Shown: positions 32,140 through 42,951, counted from the first letter of the stretch. The stretch is DNA of 64,000 nt from Carpediemonas membranifera BICM (GCA_019828565.1 JAHDYR010000020.1:1-64000), one strand, 5' to 3'. Notes: generated from the sequence alone by a model not told the origin. Translations and numbers: made by a program.

Positions 32140-33031
32140 GAGTGCCTCCTCCTCCACCACCTCGGCAGTGCCGTCTTCAAGCAGGCGGGCCATCTTTCGC
32201 TTCTCCTTGCCAAAGAGCGCTGCTAGGCTCTCGCTGCCCTCCTTCGCGGCGGAACGAAGGGCGTAATCTGCGAGTTCCACGAAATCGGCGCCCAGCTGGC
32301 GGACGACAGAGAGATTCGAGGGGTAACCCTCGGTACCCAGCTTCGGGCACAGCACAGCACGCAGCTGGCGTTTAAGTTCGAGCAGGGAACGGGGTGTGGC
32401 CTCGGATTCGAGGAACTCATATACTTGGTTGGAGGTGGCGCTCTCAGCGCTCACACCGAGGGTTGCTTCTAATTCTTCCTGTAACTCCTCGCTAAGCAGG
32501 AGCCCGGTAGCATAGTCGGGGATCCGAGCGCGAAACACGCGAACCTCGGCTTTGAATTTCTTAACACCGCGAGGATCGAGCTCCTTGGCCGACATACGCG
32601 GGAAATTATAATCGATTTCCAACTGAACCATTACGAGTGATCACTATGACGTTGTCGGTGGGAAACATTTTAATTACGACACAATGGCGTCGTAATCATC
32701 AACTGATTAAATGATAAGGAGTCTACGACAACAAGTATCAGGCACCATTGTTTTCTATGTCGCAGACCAACATCGACCGGCAAGCCGAGCTCATAAGACG
32801 TTATAGCGACGTGTTCGAGGACCGTAGCGAACCTAGCCGCCTCGAGCCATGCTGTAAGGTTGGTTAGTGATTGCACCTCACCAATCTTGAGATATAAAAA
32901 ATATGCTCTCATATATTGGCGACGACCACATCATCGACCATTTCGCCAACAGAACGTCTGCCCCCATGTTCGACCGACCTTCATTGATTACTTATCCCTG
33001 TTAAACACTACTATTAACATGTCCATTTACA

Positions 33032-34489
33032 CTACCAGCCCTCCATCTCCTCCTTGATCTTCAGCAGCCGCTCCTTCCCGACTGTCTCGAACTTCACTCC
33101 ATGCCGGGCCTCAACCATCTTCGTGACCTGGTCGAAGTTGGCGTCCGTCTGGAGCTTCAGGGAGACCGCGAACCCGTCCCTGCCGTACCGTCCGCACCGC
33201 CCAACGCGGTGGAGGTATGTGTCGACGCGGGTGTCGTTGTGGGCCTCCAGGAATGACGGCATGTCGTAGTTTACCACGACTCGGACCGCGGGGACGTCCA
33301 CGCCGCGGGAGATGATGTCGGTGCACACGAGCACCTTTGTCGCGGCCCGTCTGAAGTCTGCCATGACGGCCCTCCGCTGGTCATGGTCCAGGTCTGCCTG
33401 CAGACAGCCGACCTGGTGCCCGTCCGCCGTGAGACGGTCGGCCAGCTGCTGCGCCTGCTTCCTGGTTGCGACGAATATGATGGCCTGTGCTCCGCTGAGC
33501 ACTGTCTGCCAGAGGACCTTGAGGGCGCCGTACTTATCCCCGAACTCTGCCACCGGGAGGGTGAAGTGGCGGATGTTCTGGGGGTTCACCTCTGCGATGT
33601 CGTCGTCCTCCTTGCCGACCGCGATCCGCTTGCCCGTCTGCAGGATGGTGCTGCTGATGGCCCGAATGTCCTCGTTGTACGTCGCACTGAAGAACAGGAT
33701 CTGCAGGTCGGGGTGCGTCAGGCGCGTGCTGATCGACGCCAGCTGCTTCTTGGCGCGCTGCTGGTGCTGGTCGCTCCGCTTCTTACCGCTGGCGGCGGCG
33801 TCAGGGTGGAGCACCTTGATCAGGTCGTCGGCCTCGTCGATGACGTAGCAGATGATGTTGTCCGTGGGGATCTGCTTGCCGATGAGCCTGTGCAGTGTGC
33901 CGAGGGTGCCGATGACGATGTGCTCCGTGACGGCCGTCTCGTCCATCTGGGCCCCCACCACACGGTGCCGCACATTGGTCTTCTTACCCAGAACCTCCAC
34001 TGTCTTGGCGATCTGGTGGGCGAGCTCTGCGGTGGGCACGAGGCACAGGGCCTGGGGGGCGGCCTTCGTCTCGTCCACCGTGCTCAGCATCTTGATCACA
34101 AAGGCGGCTGTCTTGCCAGTGCCCGTGGGAGCTTGTGCGATGAGACGTTCGTTGCTATCGAGCACGATGCCGAGTGTGGCCCGCTGGATCATCGATGGCA
34201 CGTTGTATCCCGCAAGATCAATGCCCTTCTGGATGTCCTTGCGGATGCCGAAATCAGCGAACTTCTCCTTCTGGAGATGCTTGGAGATATCTACCTCGCT
34301 GTCGTCCTCGATTGAGAAGCAGCGGAGGCTCGTGGAGTCGATATGGGATGAGACGTCCTTTCCCATACCGTAGCCCGTCATATCGATCTCTTCTGGGTAA
34401 TTCTGATGTTTCTAGTGGAACAAACCGTCATCATCCGCCACGGCGATGTTGGATATGGCCGCGTTCACAACTTTCTCTTCTTCGGCCAT
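33032..34489 (-). CDS. DBP5: DEAD-box RNA helicase Dbp5/DDX19-like, with a 33 nt intron at 34393-34425
   Basis: AQAPTGTGKTAAF, DEAD, SAT, SRGVD, YLHRVGRCGRYGR; GT-AG intron joins ATG 34489 in frame. Confidence 0.88.
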
Positions 34490-35002
34490 TGTGAGCAAAT
34501 TATTACACTACTCCATTTATTTCACAGTAAACGCTGGCTTAGGCAACAGGGTCCACTGGAAGGAACTCCAGCGGGTTGAAAAGTCCCAGCTTGAGCGCCC
34601 ACCTGTCATACACCAGAAGGGTAGCGGACATGAGGCGTCGGCAATGATGAGGGCGATCTTGCGGGCAGGTATGGGGTACCTGGCTCCCGCCGACTTCAGG
34701 AAGGCCACGAGCTTGTTTATTACACGTATACATACCTCTCAATGTATCGGTTCACAGCGGTCAGTCATGCCGGCCAGCCTACAGGCCGGGGGCGGAGACT
34801 GACCCTGGCGAAATGACGATTAACTTAGTGAGCAAATCTGACAAATCCGAGTCGAGTCTACTGGTCCCCAGTTGCTCGACGTTGGAGGACAAACGGTCGC
34901 CACGTTGGCGGCCAAAGTCGGTATTTTGTCGCGAACTCGCTTTTATAACAATAGTGGCTGCATTTAATTTCACAACGCGGGTCTGTCTAGAGCTGTCCCG
35001 CG

Positions 35003-36202
35003 TCACGTAAAACTATTCCTGGTGTTCAAGAACTGAGTCACAAGCCGCAGATCGGCCACGATATCGCCCAGCCGGCCCTTGATCTCGACCGCAGTGTCGA
35101 AGTCCGCCTGGCTCTTCCGCTCGCGTCCCTTCATTTTCGAGTTGATCAAGCCGCGGCATAGGTACAGCGTCGCGTCCCCCGGGTTGGTCTTGATCGCTTT
35201 GGTGATGTCGGCAAGCCCCTGTTTCAACCGACCCAGGTGGTAGCGGCTGAACGCCCGCCCCGCAAGAGCGCCTGTGTGTGTCAAGTCTTGTATCAGAATG
35301 CGCGTGTAGTCAGCCTCGGCATCGGTGTATTTGCCGGCAATGCAGAAGACCGCAGCCCGCGCCATGAGTGGATTGGCGGACTTGGGCCAGTGTACCAGGG
35401 CTTTGTTGCAGTCCTCAAGAGCTAGCTGATGCCTTCCGCCCAGACTCCATAGTACGGCCCGCGAGAGCATCGCCTTGCTGTCGTTGGGCTTGATCTCTAA
35501 GGCCCGGGTCAAATCTCGGACGGACTCAGCATAGTGACTGAGCCGGCCAAACGTCAATCCGCGATAGTAGTATGCTGTGAATAAGTAAGGATCCGCTGTC
35601 ATGGCCGCTGTGAGGTCCGCCGTGGCTTTGTGGTAGCACCCCGCCCGAAATAAAATGCGACCCCGGGCGGCCCGATGAGGGCCATGAACGGAAGGCTCTG
35701 TGCCGTGGATGACAGCGTTTAGGTCTTCTAGTGCCGCGTCATAGTGCTCCATCTTCTCGTGTGCATCCGCTCTGTGAAGCAGCAGCGTCGGGTCCGGGTC
35801 GTGGAAAGCAAGCGCCTCGTTCAAAAGGTTGAGTGCATCAGTAAAGCGTCCCTGGGCTGTCAGAGTCACTGCTAGCTTATCCATGGCGGCCATTGAGTGG
35901 GGAAAGTGTTGGCATGCTTTCTGGAAGCACAGGACAGCCTTCTTCAGCTCACCACTCATCGCAAAGTCCTCCCCCGCCATGAGAATTGACATCTCGATAA
36001 CCTTTTGCTTCTTTTCATCGTCATCAATCGCTTTGATGGCCCTTAGTGTGTTCGGAGAAACAATTTGCTCCTCGAAAGTGTCTCCAACCAATGAAGAACA
36101 CGTAGAGTTGCCAGACGACTGCATTCGTAACGATGCAGCTGAAGAGATCTGAAGTACTGAGCCAGTGAGCATTGAAGCGGGCTGTAAGCCGATGTCGCTC
36201 AT
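35003..36202 (-). CDS. TPR repeat protein
   Basis: Serial 34 aa repeats, e.g. AYYYRGLTFGRLSHYAESVRDLTRALEIKPND. Confidence 0.9.
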   Translation of the reverse strand: MSDIGLQPASMLTGSVLQISSAASLRMQSSGNSTCSSLVGDTFEEQIVSPNTLRAIKAIDDDEKKQKVIEMSILMAGEDFAMSGELKKAVLCFQKACQHFPHSMAAMDKLAVTLTAQGRFTDALNLLNEALAFHDPDPTLLLHRADAHEKMEHYDAALEDLNAVIHGTEPSVHGPHRAARGRILFRAGCYHKATADLTAAMTADPYLFTAYYYRGLTFGRLSHYAESVRDLTRALEIKPNDSKAMLSRAVLWSLGGRHQLALEDCNKALVHWPKSANPLMARAAVFCIAGKYTDAEADYTRILIQDLTHTGALAGRAFSRYHLGRLKQGLADITKAIKTNPGDATLYLCRGLINSKMKGRERKSQADFDTAVEIKGRLGDIVADLRLVTQFLNTRNSFT

Positions 36203-36440
36203 CTTCGCAATACTTCGAATCTGGAAGAAGATTGGTCAGGGTGGAAGATACGACGACCGTCATTGACCTTTCGTTGTCAACGCCAGGCTGTCAGCAGACA
36301 GTGTTTCATTTCGTCAAAACACATCATCTTCCCGTCGTCGCAATGATATCAAGGTTGACGTAATCTGCCCGACAAATATGGCACAACATGGCAAAACATG
36401 GAAGGATCATTCTGCTGGCACACCGCACTAAATTTGACAT

Positions 36441-39400
36441 TTAAAGGCTCTCAATCATCTTGAGGACATCCCGCCCAGCTTTCTTCATAGCTGGGATGAT
36501 GTGCTTCACCTGACCCTCGGCCCATACCTTGACGGCCTTGATATCGCCGCCCATCTCGATGTAGGCCTTCATGAGGGCCACAGTGCTTGCCTGCTTGTCG
36601 AACGCCCGAAGCTTGACGACGTCGTCGGGGGTGAGGGAGAGGCCGGTGGGACCAACCATATCCTTCAGCTTGTTGAGCGCCTCCACTGGCGTTGCATTCA
36701 GCTGGCGGCGCCGGTTCATCACGAGCAAGGCATTGAGGGCGGTCTGGCTCCTGAGTGGGTTGGCATCAGGCAGGTCAGCGACTGCCCGCGGGTTTCTTCC
36801 GAGAGATGTAGCAAGGCGACAGCTGATGATCATCATGTAGAGACCGGGGACCTTTGAATCAATCATGTCAGCAACATCGCCCGCACTGGCATGACTGAAC
36901 ACGATACGGACGGGGGCGAGCCAGTCGCCGATGTCGGCCAGGACCGTGTCGTCTACCTCGTCGTCCTCGTGCGCTACGGTGGAGACAAAGTTGGCGACAA
37001 AAGCCAAGGCGTCGGGGCTGTTGAGCCTCACAAGGGGGGCTAGGACCGCGCCATCAATCTTGGCTCGCTTGGCATAAAGTGCGAGTTTCTCGGCGACGGC
37101 GGCATTCTTCATCGACCCAGTCTTGACCAATGTCTCGAGGGCGCAGGCGATGGATTCCTTGAGGTCATCAAGGGTAATGTCCTCGTCCTTAAGCTGCTCG
37201 GTCAGGAACTTGAAGAAAATGTCGATGCCATGCTTGTCGGCCTTGACACCAGTGATGCCGGACAGCACCGTTCGCATTACGGCGTCGTTGGCGTGTGCAA
37301 GGGCGGCCTCCGTGTCCTCTGGCTCTGTGCCGTCCACGGCCTTCTCGATCTGGATGTTAAGCTCGTCGAGGGCGCGGGAGTCGTTCACCCAGCTAACGGC
37401 CTCCCGTGAGATGGTCTGATCGAGTCTGGTGTAGCTCGGCTCGACGCTGAGCCGGCTGAAGAGGCGCAAACTGGGCGCCAACCCCTTCTTGCTAGCACCC
37501 CGAGACCCTGGATCCCTCGAACCAGACCTGGACTGCACCCGCGGAGTGTGGAAGCCGTCCTTTGAGCTGCTGGTGTAACTGAGGCCTGACTGAGCCCTAT
37601 GGCCCTGCCGAGAGTGCCTGGCCGAAGCCATAGAGAGCCGCTCGCGGTGCTGGGAGTCCCGTTCCTGCTTTGCCTCCTTCTTGCTGAGTGCCTTGCCTGC
37701 ATTGAGACCGACCCAGTTGCCCTCCCTGATCTTGACGAGGTCCTGGATGATGAACCGGACTCGGACGGGGCGGTGTGTCTCGAGCTCCCACTCCTTGCAT
37801 GCTTGGACAAGGGTATCAAGGTCAACCCACATCTCTTTCCACTTCAGCTCTCTCTCAGCGTTGACTCGAATAACTCTGGTGTAGCTGGCAATCTTATCCT
37901 GCAGATCCTTGATGCTAAACTGCTTGCCGTGGAAGAACTGGTGGCGGATGGCCTCTGTCTTCTCGGCAAGCTGATCTCTGAACTTGGTGTCGGCGGTTGA
38001 CCCTGACTGGCGCTTGATGGCCTCCTCGTCGGCGTACCGTTTGATCGTGTCGTACTCCCCCTTCGCCTGCGTCAACGAGCTGCAAATGGAGGATTCTCGC
38101 TCATCGTTGGACTTCATCTGGTCGAGCGTGGGCCCGACAGCCTTGATGAGGTCGACCAAGCATTCGATCTTGGATGAATCGAGATCGTCCACAACAAAGC
38201 CATCAGCCTTAAAGTGCTCAGTGAGGCTGGTGAAGCAGGACTGGAAGAGGACCTGTTTGCTGATGATCTCAGCCTTGGACTGGACGAAGAGCTCGCCGAT
38301 GAAGAGCACGTTGTTGCGGACGTGATCGGCCCGCTTGGCGTGGAAGTCCGCGCGCTCAGCCTCGGTCTCGCAGGCAGCGAGCCTCTGCTCCTCCTCCTCG
38401 GTCAGCTCGGACATTTGCTGGAACTCCTTCTGGACGAGCTCGACGATGGCCCTCTTGGTCCAGCGCTTGACCCGGCCTGGACTGACAGTGGATGAAGCCT
38501 TCTTGCTGCCAACAAGGTCAGCGGCGCTCATGCCGGCGCTGCTGCCGGCTGTCACAGGTTGTGTGATTGCGTCTGCAAAGACGTCGCGGTGGTACATGCT
38601 GACGATCGTCTCAGCGTACAGAGGGGCAAAGAGGGGCTGGCGGCAGGCCATCTCGAAGATGTCGCCGATAATCTCCTTATAGAAGGCCTCCTTGCCGTAG
38701 TGGGTCTCCTTCCCACCATTGCGGTCCACCGTCACCGTGACATCGCCGTCGGGGAGCCGGACAAACCCAGGGACCTCCCTTCCGGTGACGGGATCCTTTC
38801 CGGTAATACGGGCCATGAGCTCCTGGAGGATCTTGTCCTTGTTGTCCTTCACCATCTTGTTCATGATAACCTTGCAGTCGATGATCAGCTTCCTGCCGTC
38901 GACGTCGCTAGGTGCATCAGTGGACTCCCCAAACACGCTCTTGTACGCTGGCTTGGGCTGCTGGTTTCTGGGACCGCGCTGTCTCGACTGATCCCGGTCG
39001 GACCGACGGTCCCCGCGGTTTGTACCCTTGGGACCCGGACCCTTGCCCTTGAACCCACCCCTCGTCGGGGGAGCCGTCTTGGGGCGTTGGGGGACCCTGA
39101 CGAGCTCCTCGAGGAACTTCCTGAGGTCAGTTGGCAGAGAGTCCTTGGACACAGGAGGGAGGCTCTCGCCGATCTCGAGGAGCGTCTCAAGGCTGATGGT
39201 CGTCTTCAAGACAGTCACATTGCGGTGAACTGACTCAGGGACAGGAGAGGGCGGCTGCTTGGCGGCCTCGTGGCGCTTAGGCACGTACGTCTTAGCGGGG
39301 GGCTGGTACGACTTGGGCTGCTCGGGCTCAGCTGGCTCGGCTGGAGGGGAGTCCGCAACAGGCTCGGGAGCGGCAGGCGGAGGAGTGACGGTCTTTTCTG

Positions 39401-39698
39401 GTGCGGGGGCGGGGGCAGCCGCAGGGGGTATGACATCCTCCTTGGGCTCCTCGGAAACAGCGGGTGGAGCGGACTTAGGCGGGATAGCGAAGAGAATACT
39501 GCCCTTTGTTTCCTGCTTGGGCATTTGGGCGGGAGGAACCGGCATCTGCTGTGGGTATGGGGCATATGGGGGCATAGACATCGCGTTGTACTGCATCATA
39601 GAGGGATGCACCGGAATTGGATAGCCAGACGGATACTGCTGGTGTTGTATGCCTCCTTGATATGTGCTTGAGTTCCAAGGGGCGTGCGTGTTAGACAT
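36441..39698 (-). CDS. eIF4G-like translation initiation factor (MIF4G domain)
   Basis: Pro-rich N-terminus; IMNKM, IFEMACRQPLFAPLYA, NNVLFIGELF, IECLVDLIKAVGPTLD, RVRFIIQDLVKIREGNW. Confidence 0.88.
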   Translation of the reverse strand: MSNTHAPWNSSTYQGGIQHQQYPSGYPIPVHPSMMQYNAMSMPPYAPYPQQMPVPPAQMPKQETKGSILFAIPPKSAPPAVSEEPKEDVIPPAAAPAPAPEKTVTPPPAAPEPVADSPPAEPAEPEQPKSYQPPAKTYVPKRHEAAKQPPSPVPESVHRNVTVLKTTISLETLLEIGESLPPVSKDSLPTDLRKFLEELVRVPQRPKTAPPTRGGFKGKGPGPKGTNRGDRRSDRDQSRQRGPRNQQPKPAYKSVFGESTDAPSDVDGRKLIIDCKVIMNKMVKDNKDKILQELMARITGKDPVTGREVPGFVRLPDGDVTVTVDRNGGKETHYGKEAFYKEIIGDIFEMACRQPLFAPLYAETIVSMYHRDVFADAITQPVTAGSSAGMSAADLVGSKKASSTVSPGRVKRWTKRAIVELVQKEFQQMSELTEEEEQRLAACETEAERADFHAKRADHVRNNVLFIGELFVQSKAEIISKQVLFQSCFTSLTEHFKADGFVVDDLDSSKIECLVDLIKAVGPTLDQMKSNDERESSICSSLTQAKGEYDTIKRYADEEAIKRQSGSTADTKFRDQLAEKTEAIRHQFFHGKQFSIKDLQDKIASYTRVIRVNAERELKWKEMWVDLDTLVQACKEWELETHRPVRVRFIIQDLVKIREGNWVGLNAGKALSKKEAKQERDSQHRERLSMASARHSRQGHRAQSGLSYTSSSKDGFHTPRVQSRSGSRDPGSRGASKKGLAPSLRLFSRLSVEPSYTRLDQTISREAVSWVNDSRALDELNIQIEKAVDGTEPEDTEAALAHANDAVMRTVLSGITGVKADKHGIDIFFKFLTEQLKDEDITLDDLKESIACALETLVKTGSMKNAAVAEKLALYAKRAKIDGAVLAPLVRLNSPDALAFVANFVSTVAHEDDEVDDTVLADIGDWLAPVRIVFSHASAGDVADMIDSKVPGLYMMIISCRLATSLGRNPRAVADLPDANPLRSQTALNALLVMNRRRQLNATPVEALNKLKDMVGPTGLSLTPDDVVKLRAFDKQASTVALMKAYIEMGGDIKAVKVWAEGQVKHIIPAMKKAGRDVLKMIESL

Positions 39699-40033
39699 TT
39701 TGCTCGGCGCGGATTTTGTGCTATCAGGCAGTTTATGTCAGGTCGCGTGAAGACGCGTTTACTGGGCCTGTAACGCGGTGGACTATGCCAGACGACATCA
39801 TGGTCACTGCTACTGGCACGGACTCGCGGTGAGTGGCGTCGAGTGTCGGAGAGTCGTGCTTTTCCTTGGCAACCCAGAGCCAGGCAGGAAGAAATGAGCA
39901 GCGCTTGCTTGATTCCTCGCAATCAGATGTTAGAGGGGCGCCTATCTCTGTTTTCCGTGTTTCGCTCGCCGTAACGCCCTCCGTCCCCGAGGACAGCCCC
40001 TTGTTGCTTCAATGCACCTTCTGTGGCTTACTC

Positions 40034-40100
40034 CATACTGGTTTTGGCGTATGAACGGTGCCACTCTGAGGGGAACTGTTCATACGCCAAAACCAGTATG
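40034..40100. repeat. Intergenic hairpin with perfect 23 bp arms
   Basis: catactggttttggcgtatgaac / gttcatacgccaaaaccagtatg. Confidence 0.92.
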
Positions 40101-40179
40101 TCGAGCTGAAGTATTACGGGGAAAGAAGTCGACAGTTGTGTCGACGAAAAAACGACGTGCCGCTGCAGACTTTTGCAGG

Positions 40180-41787
40180 TCACGACCAGACCTTTATCAG
40201 TGGAATAAACGGCTCGATGCGTCCCGCCAAAGGCCCGCTGCTGACCGGGCCAGAAGCAAGCCGGCCGTCTCGCGCCAGGGATACAGCGGTGACAGAATCA
40301 TCATCTGCCAGAAGAAGAGTCTTTGATCCGCTGCAAATAGCCGTCACCTTGACATCAACTCTGATGAACCCGCCGGCCCAGTCATAAATTGAAGTGAAGG
40401 TCTCGCCAACCCAGGTGACAATAAAGATCCGGAGATATTGTGCAAAAGTGATTGAATCAATGCGATGAGGCAGGAGGAGTGGTCTCTGAACGGTCATCGT
40501 CTCTGCCGTCTGGTCGGGAAGGAACTGAGCAAAGAGCGAGGTCACCAGCCCTGTCATGAAGAGAATACCGCTGCCGTCTGACGTCAGAACGAAGTCGTTA
40601 CAGGAAAAAACTATCTGACGCATCGGTGCGGAGATGCGAGTGAATCTATAAAGTTGGTTGAAAGACGAGTCCCGATTCAGCAGCCCGGCGGCCATCTGAA
40701 TCTGGGTGTTTGATTGTCCCAAGATCAATAGATACGTCCCCTGGATGACTGAATCAGGGTGGAACCCGAGTGGGAGGGGCACTGGGTTGAACACGGTGAT
40801 GTCGGGGGAGTGGCCATCGACAAAGTACTTGGCCATCGTCCCGGCCGCCACAACGCCCGCCCTGGTCACAAGCAGGGAGTAGTGGGGTTGTAGGACGGTG
40901 ATGAGGACGAGCTTGTCCTTCCTCCACGTGGGCAACCTTGCTTCGTACTCCAGGACTGCCGGGCAGGCCGAGAGGTCCACCTTCGTCGGCTTCGCAGTGG
41001 CATCAGCTGTGCCAACACCGAGAGCGAATGTGACGCTGCTACCCCAAGCGTAGAGACCTCTGCCTGTTACTGCAACGACCCCAGAGATGGGTTCGACCGT
41101 AAGTCTCGCCACGACAGGGACTCGGACACGGGAATAAACGGGCATATCCATGGCTGCCCGGTAGCCTAGAAGCTGGTTCGAGGCACTGCCGCGGCTGAAC
41201 AAGCGTCCATAATAAATCTTGAACAAGTACGGGAACTGCGTGTACCGCTTGACGGTGGTCGCGCCTTCCTTCTCGGCCACCCGGTGTGTGAAGAAGAACT
41301 TCTTGCATATGAACCACAATGCCTTGGCCTCGGGGCCGTACGCCTTCTGTGTCGACGGGACGTCCGAGAGGCGGTTTTCCTTGTCGTGCAGGTCTGGGTC
41401 GGCTCCGGCCTGCATAAGAATGCCCCAGATTGTGCCCTGGAGTAACGTATACATTGCTACGGGCAGTTCTTCGCCGTCCGCGAGCTCGATGTTCATGCTC
41501 AACCTCGGGCCATGTGCCATGACGCACAAGGCGCGTCGAACGAACCTACTTGCACGTGCATCCTTCAAAGCAGACATATTCTCGAGAGCACTCACTAGAT
41601 CATTGATATCGCGCTCATCATCCGGACGTTCCCTTCCGATATTGGTTTGTATCTCCTTATTGGCCTCAATTCGAAAGGCAGATGCAAGGAGGGTCGGGAT
41701 ATCACCTGGAATAGATGCTGTGACATCAACTGAAAGGCAATGCGCGGCAATCAAAGACAATTCTGCGCTAATTTCGCCAAATGGCAT
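40180..41787 (-). CDS. Hypothetical protein with an RCC1/BLIP-II-like beta-propeller region
   Basis: 535 aa ORF; TGRGLYAWGS...ALGVG...PTKV and beta-rich C-terminal half; true start may lie upstream (~41935). Confidence 0.6.
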   Translation of the reverse strand: MPFGEISAELSLIAAHCLSVDVTASIPGDIPTLLASAFRIEANKEIQTNIGRERPDDERDINDLVSALENMSALKDARASRFVRRALCVMAHGPRLSMNIELADGEELPVAMYTLLQGTIWGILMQAGADPDLHDKENRLSDVPSTQKAYGPEAKALWFICKKFFFTHRVAEKEGATTVKRYTQFPYLFKIYYGRLFSRGSASNQLLGYRAAMDMPVYSRVRVPVVARLTVEPISGVVAVTGRGLYAWGSSVTFALGVGTADATAKPTKVDLSACPAVLEYEARLPTWRKDKLVLITVLQPHYSLLVTRAGVVAAGTMAKYFVDGHSPDITVFNPVPLPLGFHPDSVIQGTYLLILGQSNTQIQMAAGLLNRDSSFNQLYRFTRISAPMRQIVFSCNDFVLTSDGSGILFMTGLVTSLFAQFLPDQTAETMTVQRPLLLPHRIDSITFAQYLRIFIVTWVGETFTSIYDWAGGFIRVDVKVTAICSGSKTLLLADDDSVTAVSLARDGRLASGPVSSGPLAGRIEPFIPLIKVWS

Positions 41788-42015
41788 TCAGCGAGATAGT
41801 TCTTCCATCGCGTTGACCGAAAAAATCTGGCAGTCAGCCCAAGCGGAGATATGTGGTGATAATGAGTGCTTGGCCAGCCCGGACACCCTGGTATGCATGC
41901 TTTCGTCCTGACATGACGTTTCATGGCACGAGAGCACATCGTCGTCGAGGAAAATGAAAATTTCCTTTACATTGAGCGCTAACCACACTAACTATCACAG
42001 GACACCATCCACCAC

Positions 42016-42951
42016 CTAAAGGAATGCAGCAGGGAAGAAGAAGTCTCCCGGAGGAGGGACGCGGTCCTCATCGGGTACAGCGTCGAACACCCAGAAGTGG
42101 GGGGCGGCGGTGGCGCTGTCGACATGCATGACGGACGCCTTGTTGCGGTTCCTGTACATGTAGTTGGGGGCCGACCAGACGGTCACCAGGCCGGCCTCCT
42201 CACCAAGGGGGAAGTTGAAACCCTCCTCGGCCAGCTGGTGGGCCCTGGCGATGAGGGTGAGGCCGTTGACCCGGTTGAACTTCGACACCGCCTTGTGGCC
42301 GAACACAAAGCCGGTGCCGCGGGAGGACTGGGCCCACTCCTCGACAGCGGGGTCGGGGTCATTCCACATGATGTCACACAGGGTGCCCTCCATGGGGATC
42401 TCGTCGTCGCGGGGGAGCAGGTTCAGCTGGTCGACGGTGACCATGTCGGGGGAGATGCCACCGTGGACACACAGGATCTTGCCGTCAATGACCGCAGCAA
42501 CGGGGATGGCATCAAACATGTCTGTGGCGGCACGCCACACGGTGGGGGTGCCGTACTTTCTCATGCACTCGTCGAAAAACCCGTACATCCGAGACGTGTC
42601 GCGGCACTCGTGATTTCCACGGAGGATGGTGATCGATTTGGGGTGCAGGACCTTGAGAACAAGCAGAGTACACAGAGTCTCAATCGAGTAGTAGCCACGG
42701 TCGACGTAGTCGCCGAGGAAGACGTAATTACGGTTGCAGTTCTGATCGTAGACATCCATTTGCTCCAGCATGTAGTTGACATCGTAGAACTGGCCGTGAA
42801 CGTCACCAACAACCGAGGCAGGACTAGAAACAGGGACAACATTGCTCTCTTCGATTAGTATTTCGCCAGCCTTCATAAATAGGTGCATAACATCTTTCAG
42901 AGGAAGATAGTTGCCCTTACGAAGAGTTTCCAGTGACTTTTCGGGATTCAT
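42016..42951 (-). CDS. PPP Ser/Thr phosphatase catalytic subunit, PP2A-like group (PP6/Sit4 or PP4)
   Basis: GDVHG, GDYVDRG, RGNHE, HGG, RAHQ, VTVWSAPNY. Confidence 0.95.
   Translation of the reverse strand: MNPEKSLETLRKGNYLPLKDVMHLFMKAGEILIEESNVVPVSSPASVVGDVHGQFYDVNYMLEQMDVYDQNCNRNYVFLGDYVDRGYYSIETLCTLLVLKVLHPKSITILRGNHECRDTSRMYGFFDECMRKYGTPTVWRAATDMFDAIPVAAVIDGKILCVHGGISPDMVTVDQLNLLPRDDEIPMEGTLCDIMWNDPDPAVEEWAQSSRGTGFVFGHKAVSKFNRVNGLTLIARAHQLAEEGFNFPLGEEAGLVTVWSAPNYMYRNRNKASVMHVDSATAAPHFWVFDAVPDEDRVPPPGDFFFPAAFL

Larger units (their letters stand above)
28172..32631 (-). pseudogene. gag: Gag of element 5, split into 32631-32140 and 28320-28172 by insertion of element 4
   Basis: Removing 28321-32139 and one GAGT restores EEALLTAADV in frame. 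KIFLEKIKP...VKPSSL resembles KLCLSHLAP...RKPTKL of element 4 gag; ELDPRGVKKF resembles NLDRESVRSF. Confidence 0.8.

Noticed and set aside
33054-34373. Long + strand ORFs opposite Dbp5 (likewise opposite eIF4G, the phosphatase and the LRR gene)
   Set aside because: Antisense shadow ORFs caused by GC-rich codon bias; no motifs.
34517-35006. Possible spliced small gene between Dbp5 and the TPR gene
   Set aside because: Could not build a convincing model or recognise a domain.
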